The notes under the pieces were generated by a model, which was not told the DNA's origin, did not search any database, and worked only from the letters and a program-made list of their open reading frames with translations. The translations under genes were made by a program, and so were the position numbers. From contig JBEHXF010000052.1 in the NCBI GenBank assembly GCA_048498835.1, forward strand, positions 1-12,380: a DNA stretch of 12,380 nucleotides. Direction: 5' to 3'. Within the stretch, counting starts at the first letter, position 1; each line of letters starts with the position of its first letter. This DNA comes from Chlamydiota bacterium (GTDB lineage: Bacteria; Chlamydiota; Chlamydiia; Chlamydiales; SM23-39). Below, one piece after another: positions 6,591-12,380 of the stretch.

Positions 6591-6605
6591 GAGCTTGGGA
6601 GAGCT

Positions 6606-7277
6606 ATGACATTCAATCCTTGGAAAACAATTTGGACAGAGCCACGCGCAACGATTGCATCGATTGTTGCTGAAAATCCCAATCGGTCTCTGTGGTGTCT
6701 TGCAGCGATCTATGGTTTTTCGAGTCTGCTCAACACTTTCCAATCGATTATGCTGGGGATTAATCTTCGTCTGCCGGCTATTTTCCTTCTCGCTCTTGTG
6801 CTTGCGCCCTTTTGGGGCTATATCGCTTTTTCGATCTGGAGCTGGGTTGTCTGTTTCACAGGCAAATGGCTCAAAGGAACGGGGAGTTTTCAAGCTGTCC
6901 GAGCGGCTTATGCGTGGTCTTGTGCGCCGTTAATTGCAAACATTCCGCTCTGGTTTATTCTCGCTGCGATTTTTGGACAACAGCTCTTCACAAACTTTTC
7001 AGAAAACTATCTCCTCACTGACGGGCAAGTAACAGTTCTATTCGCCATTTTGATCATCCGGATCGCAGCAGCTATTTGGTCAATTGTGATCTACTTAAAC
7101 GCCCTGGCCCAAGTACAACAATTTTCGATTCTCCGTTCCATCGGCAACGTCCTCATCGCAGGTGCGATTGTTGGCGTTGCCGCCTATTTACTCTTAATCC
7201 TTTTCTTTGGCGCCATGGGCTCAACTGCTCCTGCCGCTCTGTTTTTTAACGAAGCATTTTTGGGAGCGCCTTTATGA
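6606..7277 (+). CDS. Yip1-family multi-pass membrane protein (paralog 2)
   Basis: NPWKTIWTEPRATIASI, GKWLKGTGSFQAVRAAYAWS and QVQQFSILRS are colinear with paralog 1. SD GGGAGAG at 6597-6603. Confidence 0.85.
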   Translation: MTFNPWKTIWTEPRATIASIVAENPNRSLWCLAAIYGFSSLLNTFQSIMLGINLRLPAIFLLALVLAPFWGYIAFSIWSWVVCFTGKWLKGTGSFQAVRAAYAWSCAPLIANIPLWFILAAIFGQQLFTNFSENYLLTDGQVTVLFAILIIRIAAAIWSIVIYLNALAQVQQFSILRSIGNVLIAGAIVGVAAYLLLILFFGAMGSTAPAALFFNEAFLGAPL

Positions 7278-7837
7278 TCAATAAAGACAAAGTAAAAAAA
7301 TGTGGAATTTGGCTTCTCGCGATCTTTCTCTTCGCTTCCCATATCTTCATTCGAACAGTCGCTCATGCCGATGAAGGCTCTGTTTGGAAACTGATGCAGT
7401 CACGCGCTGGCGATTGCCGAATCGCTTTTCCCGCAGCTCCTCAGGTGATGCAGCAAGCGGTAAAAGTCTCTGATGCGGGCCACATGCTCACCTATGACAT
7501 TTATCTCGCGCCGCTCAACGACCAAACGCTCTGCCTTCTCCTCGTCGCAACCTATCCGATGCCGATTGCAAAAGGACAAGAGCTCAATGGCCTCGAAGGT
7601 CTTCTCAATGGGATCGTCGGCCACAATCCTGACAATAAGCTCATTTTTGCGAAAGTGACAAGCTATCGCGATCACCCAGCTGTTGACTTTCTCGTTCAGT
7701 CTTCCAATTCTTACTTCCGCGGCCAGGCTTTAATGGTTGGCAACAAGCTCTATCTGATCGCTCTCGAAGGGCACCAATCGCCACTCGACGAGTCCTCTTT
7801 TAGCCGCTTCGTCAAATCGTTTTCTCTTCTTCCTTAA
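7274..7837 (+). CDS. Exported hypothetical protein, probable PsbP/Mog1-like fold
   Basis: Signal-peptide-like N-terminus ending VAHA-D, an I.FP..P motif, G..LY.I, and C-terminal F..F..SF.L, which is typical of PsbP-like proteins. ATGA overlap with Yip1 paralog 2. Confidence 0.7.
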   Translation: MINKDKVKKCGIWLLAIFLFASHIFIRTVAHADEGSVWKLMQSRAGDCRIAFPAAPQVMQQAVKVSDAGHMLTYDIYLAPLNDQTLCLLLVATYPMPIAKGQELNGLEGLLNGIVGHNPDNKLIFAKVTSYRDHPAVDFLVQSSNSYFRGQALMVGNKLYLIALEGHQSPLDESSFSRFVKSFSLLP

Positions 7838-8864
7838 GCTGTTTTTTTACCAAAGAAACAGTCGGGTGGTCTAGTGGACTATAGTCAACAAGTATCACCC
7901 GCAGTTCGCTCTTTATTTTTTTTTCGATCGCCGTCCGAAGAGCCCCAGATTTGTAAAGACCGCCACTGAGATGAAGAGGAAATGTTCGGTTAGGGGGCAG
8001 CTCTTTCAACATGCTCTGCACCAAGGCCCATTGAGCTTCACTCGCCCTATAAACAATATTTCGAACAAAAGGATCATCTTGGTCACTTGGTGACATGATT
8101 GCCAGGGGTAAAAATCGGTATGTCTTGAGATCGATCGTCTTCTTTTGCCATTGTTCAAAGACTTCTTGGACGCTATTTGTCTTGAATCGCCTTTTAATTT
8201 CATCGGTGAGATAGGTCTTTGCTCTTGTCCCTTGAATATCATCGGTGAGATAGGTATTTGGTCTTGTCCCTTGCTCTCCTTGTAGAGCAGCAATTAAAAT
8301 ACGACGGCAGATTTCATATCCATTTCCCTCTCCTATGTCGGCGCAGTAACTTCCCTTAAAAAAGCTTTTATCACCCATTTTTGCCTGGCAATAAGCGCGG
8401 GAACCAGCGTGAAGATGGATTTCATTTTGCCCGAGAAGGTCTAATTGGAGCTGTGGAGTCCACCGAAGATCGAGTTCTTTCGGCTTATATTTTCGAAACA
8501 TTTCGGTCACTTCTTTTTCTTTTCCCCTCAAATCCTGAATAGAAGCCACTACTTTACAGTAGGGGAGAAGCAAACTTATGGGAGTGTTAGGCCGATCTAG
8601 ATTAACCAGAAACAGGCTATCTAATGCCGCTGCAACTCCTTCCATGTCTCGACTGGATTGGTGAGCACCTTGTTCTGAATAAAAAGAATTAGTTCTGTCA
8701 TCTCGTAACGTCATCGCTTCAAAACCTCTATGATCGAGAACTTTGACCCGACTACACAATTCTCCTACCTCAACACATACTGTCCAGGTGCTATAGTCTG
8801 AAATATGATAGGCTTTTTCAAGATTAAGGGTGAAAAATGTAGGATTTGATAAAGAGGCGTTCAT
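7812..8864 (-). CDS. Divergent BadF/BadG/BcrA/BcrD (N-acetylglucosamine kinase-like, ASKHA) protein; possible pseudokinase
   Basis: Degenerate motifs: VEVGELCSRVKVLD..G (family DGGGTKT), LHAGSRAYC (IAGTGS), GEGNGYEI.R..L.AAL (GDEGSGY.IG..AL), and LHLSGGLY (L.GG). Confidence 0.65.
   Translation of the reverse strand: MNASLSNPTFFTLNLEKAYHISDYSTWTVCVEVGELCSRVKVLDHRGFEAMTLRDDRTNSFYSEQGAHQSSRDMEGVAAALDSLFLVNLDRPNTPISLLLPYCKVVASIQDLRGKEKEVTEMFRKYKPKELDLRWTPQLQLDLLGQNEIHLHAGSRAYCQAKMGDKSFFKGSYCADIGEGNGYEICRRILIAALQGEQGTRPNTYLTDDIQGTRAKTYLTDEIKRRFKTNSVQEVFEQWQKKTIDLKTYRFLPLAIMSPSDQDDPFVRNIVYRASEAQWALVQSMLKELPPNRTFPLHLSGGLYKSGALRTAIEKKIKSELRVILVDYSPLDHPTVSLVKKQLKEEEKTI
8196..8273. repeat. In-frame 39-bp tandem duplication
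   Basis: 8196-8234 versus 8235-8273, 3 mismatches. Encodes QGTRPNTYLTDDI / QGTRAKTYLTDEI. Confidence 0.9.
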
Positions 8865-9733
8865 CGATAGATCCTTTCTTGAAGTAAAATTTGTTTCTCT
8901 TGCGCAAACTCTCTTATTTTTTCAACTAGGTAGAGATTATGGATAGAAATTCTCCCAAATAAATAAAATTTTGGCGCTTTTAGAGTAGTTTTTTCTAACA
9001 TCGCAAGGATCAATGTTTGGCAAGTTTCGAGCACTTCGTCTACGATCTTTTTGGCGTCGGAGTCGGGTAGAGCTTGAATGACAATTTCTCCTACTTGAGT
9101 AAGATCGAGCGATCCGTTGACTAGTAGTTCCAGAACCTGGTTTAGCGTTTCGACTTGGAAATGTTGTTTGAGCAGGTCTAATAAGCGACTTGGCGTTTTG
9201 TTTTTTTCCCTTTCCAGAGCTTTTTGAAGGGCTTGCAGAGCCATTTTATACCCTCCTCCATCTCCCTGCTTTTTGCCGAAGCTAATTCCTCGTTTTACGA
9301 TTTGGCAATAGATGCTCATACCAACGTGCAGGGCGAGGCCTTCATCTTCGATACGAGCAACTTCTCTTTGCTGATTGGATAAGAGCTGTAGCTTTTTGAT
9401 TTGGAATCGATCAAAACATCTTTGAAGAACTTTTTTCTGTTGTCCGAAATCGGAAAAGGAGGCGACAACTTTAGCCCGCTTTGCGAGTAGAGAGAGTTGG
9501 ATCTTTTGATCGGCGAGTTGTATGTTTTCAAACAGAGGGTGTAAGACTGATGTAATGGCTTTGACAGCGGCTGGGTCGGTGCGACAGCCACGCGCGATGA
9601 ATTGCAAAGCTCTTTCATTTCCACTTAGCAAAGGAACTAAGACGCCATCTTTGTTCAGAACTTCCACTGTTGTTCTGCTGGGACCCGTCTCGATGTAAAT
9701 GGTGTACGGCTCGCGCGGCGTAACTGCAGCCAT
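8861..9733 (-). CDS. Divergent BadF/NagK-like ASKHA protein, paralog of the adjacent gene
   Basis: IYIETGPSRTTVEVLNKDG, KVVAS..D, LHVGMSIYCQ, GDGGGYKMALQAL..AL and FYLFG are colinear with the neighbouring ORF. SD AAGGAA 7 nt upstream. ATGA overlap with the neighbour. Confidence 0.65.
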   Translation of the reverse strand: MAAVTPREPYTIYIETGPSRTTVEVLNKDGVLVPLLSGNERALQFIARGCRTDPAAVKAITSVLHPLFENIQLADQKIQLSLLAKRAKVVASFSDFGQQKKVLQRCFDRFQIKKLQLLSNQQREVARIEDEGLALHVGMSIYCQIVKRGISFGKKQGDGGGYKMALQALQKALEREKNKTPSRLLDLLKQHFQVETLNQVLELLVNGSLDLTQVGEIVIQALPDSDAKKIVDEVLETCQTLILAMLEKTTLKAPKFYLFGRISIHNLYLVEKIREFAQEKQILLQERIYR

Positions 9734-9790
9734 TCCATGATTCCTTTTTTTGGCGAAGGAATGATTAAGAAAAAAATAAATTTTGGCAAC

Positions 9791-11371
9791 TTAAATGACG
9801 ACGTCGACGAGCTGGTGATTCGGATTTTGCCGAATGGCGTATTGCTTATCCCAAGTGCTCGGGAATAAGACCATGGGGCGGTTTTGTCGATCTTTCATCA
9901 AAATCGAATTGGTCGTTTTGGAAAATGTTTTGAGATCGCCGATGATCCATGCGCTGCAATCATAGGGAAGGCGAGTGAGGATAGTTTCGGCGTTATATTC
10001 ATCTTTTAGACGATATTGCATCACCTCAAATTGGAGCTGTCCCACTGCGGCGAAAATGACATCGTTCTCTTGTTCAATTCCCCGCAGCATTTGAATTGCA
10101 CCTTCGTCGATGAGCTGTAGGCAACCTTTGTCAAAAGATTTGCGTTTGCCTACATCTTTTGGATGGAGACGGGCGAAGATTTCAGGTTGAAATTGGGGGA
10201 GGGGTTTGAAGTTAAAGCCTCCTGTGACAGAGATGGTATCGCCGATGGCGAAGAGCGACGGGTTAATGACGCCGATCACATCACCCGCATAGCCCGTATC
10301 TAGAGTGGTTCGCTCTCCGGCCATCATGCTGTGAGGACGAGAGAGGCGAATTTCTTTGCCTAGGCGCTGGTGTTTGATCGTTTGGTCGCGCTCAAATTTG
10401 CCGGAGCAGATGCGAATAAAGGCCATGCTATCGCGATGGCGCCGGTCCATGTTCGCCTGCAGTTTGAAGACGTAGCCGCTAAAAGGGGTTTTGACGGGAT
10501 CGATGAGAATCTCAGTTCCATCGGTTTTGTCTGCAGGTCTTGCGTGGGGGCAGGGGGCCAGATCGATGAAGGAGTCAAACAGGGGCTCAATACCGAAGTT
10601 TGTGAGGGCGGAACCGAAAAAGACAGGGGTCACTTCGCCTTGTAGGAATTTTTCGCGAGAAAATGCGTTTCCGGCCAATTCAAGAAGCTCGAGTTCTTCG
10701 GTGAGCTGAGGATAGACCAGTTCGTGGATGAGCGATTTGGCTTCCGCAATGGGATGGCGATTCATCTCCGCTTTTTGAGAGCCACCGATAGAGGTTTTCG
10801 TGAAGAGGATTGCTTGATTGGTCTCTCGGTCGACCACACCCTGGAATTCTCGCCCCGAGCCGATGGGCCAGTTCATCGCGTAGGATTGGATGCCCAAGAC
10901 GTTTTCTACCTCAGTCATCAGCTCCAGGGGCTCGCGACCGGGCATATCCATCTTATTGATGAAGGTGAGGACTGGAATTTTACGTAAGCGGCACACTTCG
11001 AATAGTTTACGCGTTTGCTTTTCGACCCCTTTAGAGGCGTCGATCACCATGATCGCGCAATCGGCGGCTGTGAGGGTTCGGTAGGTATCTTCTGAGAAGT
11101 CTTCGTGACCTGGGGTGTCGAGGACGTTGATCACGGTGTCTTTATAGGTGAATTGCATTGCAGAGGAGGTGATCGAGATGCCCCGCTCTTGCTCCATGGC
11201 CATCCAATCCGATGCGGCGGCTTTTCGCCCCTTTCGCCCTTTCACCATACCCGCGGTTTGGAGCATCCCCGAATAGAGGAGTAGCTTCTCGGTAAGGGTC
11301 GTTTTACCGGCGTCGGGGTGGCTGATGATCGCAAAGGTGCGTCGTTTGGAAATGGCTTCTTCTAGGGACAT
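9791..11371 (-). CDS. prfC: Peptide chain release factor 3
   Basis: RRTFAIISHPDAGKTTLTEKLLL, SDWM.MEQERGISITS, DTPGHEDFSEDTYRTL, NKMD, PVFFGSA..NFG and VGQLQFEV. Confidence 0.99.
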   Translation of the reverse strand: MSLEEAISKRRTFAIISHPDAGKTTLTEKLLLYSGMLQTAGMVKGRKGRKAAASDWMAMEQERGISITSSAMQFTYKDTVINVLDTPGHEDFSEDTYRTLTAADCAIMVIDASKGVEKQTRKLFEVCRLRKIPVLTFINKMDMPGREPLELMTEVENVLGIQSYAMNWPIGSGREFQGVVDRETNQAILFTKTSIGGSQKAEMNRHPIAEAKSLIHELVYPQLTEELELLELAGNAFSREKFLQGEVTPVFFGSALTNFGIEPLFDSFIDLAPCPHARPADKTDGTEILIDPVKTPFSGYVFKLQANMDRRHRDSMAFIRICSGKFERDQTIKHQRLGKEIRLSRPHSMMAGERTTLDTGYAGDVIGVINPSLFAIGDTISVTGGFNFKPLPQFQPEIFARLHPKDVGKRKSFDKGCLQLIDEGAIQMLRGIEQENDVIFAAVGQLQFEVMQYRLKDEYNAETILTRLPYDCSAWIIGDLKTFSKTTNSILMKDRQNRPMVLFPSTWDKQYAIRQNPNHQLVDVVI

Positions 11372-11472
11372 AGGGCGCTATGATACAAAGTTTGAAAATC
11401 AGAGGGAAGCGAATTTTTCTTTCCTCTTTCCTGATGTTGCGATATTCTGGACTGAAAAAATTTGTGTTTTGC

Positions 11473-12252
11473 ATGACCCGTGATTTGATTGTTGTTGGAA
11501 ATTGGAAGATGTATAAGACGTCGCGAGAGGCGGCCGGCTACATCGAAGAATTGATTCCGCTGATTGAAGGATGCAAAGCAAAGATTTTGCTCGCTGTTCC
11601 GTTTACCTCTATTTCGTCTGCTGTAAAAGCGGCGAAAGGGAGCGGCATCTTAATCGGTGCACAGAATATGAATGATGCTCGCGATGGCGCGTTTACCGGT
11701 GAGATCGCCGCATTGATGTTGAAAGAAGCGGGCGCCGATTTTGTTCTTTTGGGCCACTCAGAGCGACGTCAAGTGTTTGGCGAATCGAATGATTACATTC
11801 GGCGCAAAGTTGTCCGCGCTCTACAAGACGATCTCTTGCCTATTCTCTGCGTTGGAGAAACCGCAATGCAGCGGGAAGCAAATGAGACAGAAGAAGTTTT
11901 GCGCAATCAATTAACTGCTTGCCTGGAAGGCATTCCAAAAGAGGAAGCGGAAAAAATTGTAGTCGCCTATGAACCGGTTTGGGCGATCGGCACAGGAAAG
12001 ACAGCCACGCCGAAGATCGCGCAAGAAGCGCATCATATTTGCCGCGAAGTACTGGGCGATCTGTTTGGGAAACGGAAAGCTGCAACGATGCCGATTCTCT
12101 ACGGCGGTTCGGTAAAACCCGACAATGCGCAGGAACTCGCTTCTCAAAAAGATATCGATGGCGTCCTTGTGGGCGGCGCTTCCTTAGATCCAAAGAGTTT
12201 AGCCCAGATCGCACTCCACTGCAAATCGAAAAAAGGAAAAGAAAAAGAATGA
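11473..12252 (+). CDS. tpiA: Triosephosphate isomerase
   Basis: GNWKM, GAQN, GAFTGE, LGHSERR, AYEPVWAIGTG, LYGGSV and LVGGASL. Start placed at ATG 11473 (MTRDLIVVGNWK), not 11380. Confidence 0.99.
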   Translation: MTRDLIVVGNWKMYKTSREAAGYIEELIPLIEGCKAKILLAVPFTSISSAVKAAKGSGILIGAQNMNDARDGAFTGEIAALMLKEAGADFVLLGHSERRQVFGESNDYIRRKVVRALQDDLLPILCVGETAMQREANETEEVLRNQLTACLEGIPKEEAEKIVVAYEPVWAIGTGKTATPKIAQEAHHICREVLGDLFGKRKAATMPILYGGSVKPDNAQELASQKDIDGVLVGGASLDPKSLAQIALHCKSKKGKEKE

Positions 12253-12380
12253 CCGCTTTATTTTATGTAACACTCTTCCTGTTTATTCTTATGAGCCTCG
12301 TCCTTTGCTTTGCCATCCTCATTCAGGAAGCAAAGAGCCTGGGCCTCGGCGCCTCTTTTGGTGGCGATTCCGGAGATTCG
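12249..12380 (+). CDS. secG: Preprotein translocase subunit SecG (5' part, truncated by the window end)
   Basis: ATG overlaps the tpiA stop (ATGA). Translates as MTALFYVTLFLFILMSLVLCFAILIQEAKSLGLGASFGGDSGDS, with the SecG motif ILIQ..K..GLG..FGG. tpiA-secG is a common gene order. Confidence 0.93.
   Translation, partial: MTALFYVTLFLFILMSLVLCFAILIQEAKSLGLGASFGGDSGDS

Noticed and set aside
11380..11472. N-terminal extension of tpiA in the ORF track
   Set aside because: TIM proteins begin a few residues before GNWKM. The extension covers the prfC/tpiA divergent promoter region.
4810..12214. Other nested ORFs inside the epimerase, Yip1, kinase-like, prfC and tpiA genes (e.g. 5077-5388, 6576-6893, 8006-8293, 9316-9624, 11840-12214)
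   Set aside because: They overlap better-supported CDSs fully or largely and show no recognisable protein features.

Overview
This window looks like the chromosome of an environmental Chlamydiota bacterium; the taxonomy is inferred from the protein style of GatCAB, DUF378 and the PsbP-like protein. The housekeeping genes are gatC-gatA-gatB followed by a probable beta-barrel outer-membrane protein (all - strand), prfC (-), and tpiA-secG (+). Between them lies an accessory block: a DUF378 membrane protein with a metallothionein-like 13-Cys tail, a TIGR01777 epimerase, a 57-aa hyper-acidic peptide, two tandem Yip1-family membrane proteins, a PsbP-like exported protein, and two degenerate BadF/NagK-type (ASKHA) kinase paralogs. 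The most striking unexplained structure is non-coding. First, 3-351 holds two diverged, inverted copies of a ~165-nt multi-stem element whose stems covary, followed by short tandem repeats. Second, 6484-6590 is a ~105-nt rod-shaped RNA candidate with its own sigma70-type promoter, located between the two Yip1 genes. All calls come from reading the sequence by eye; no searches or folding programs were run.
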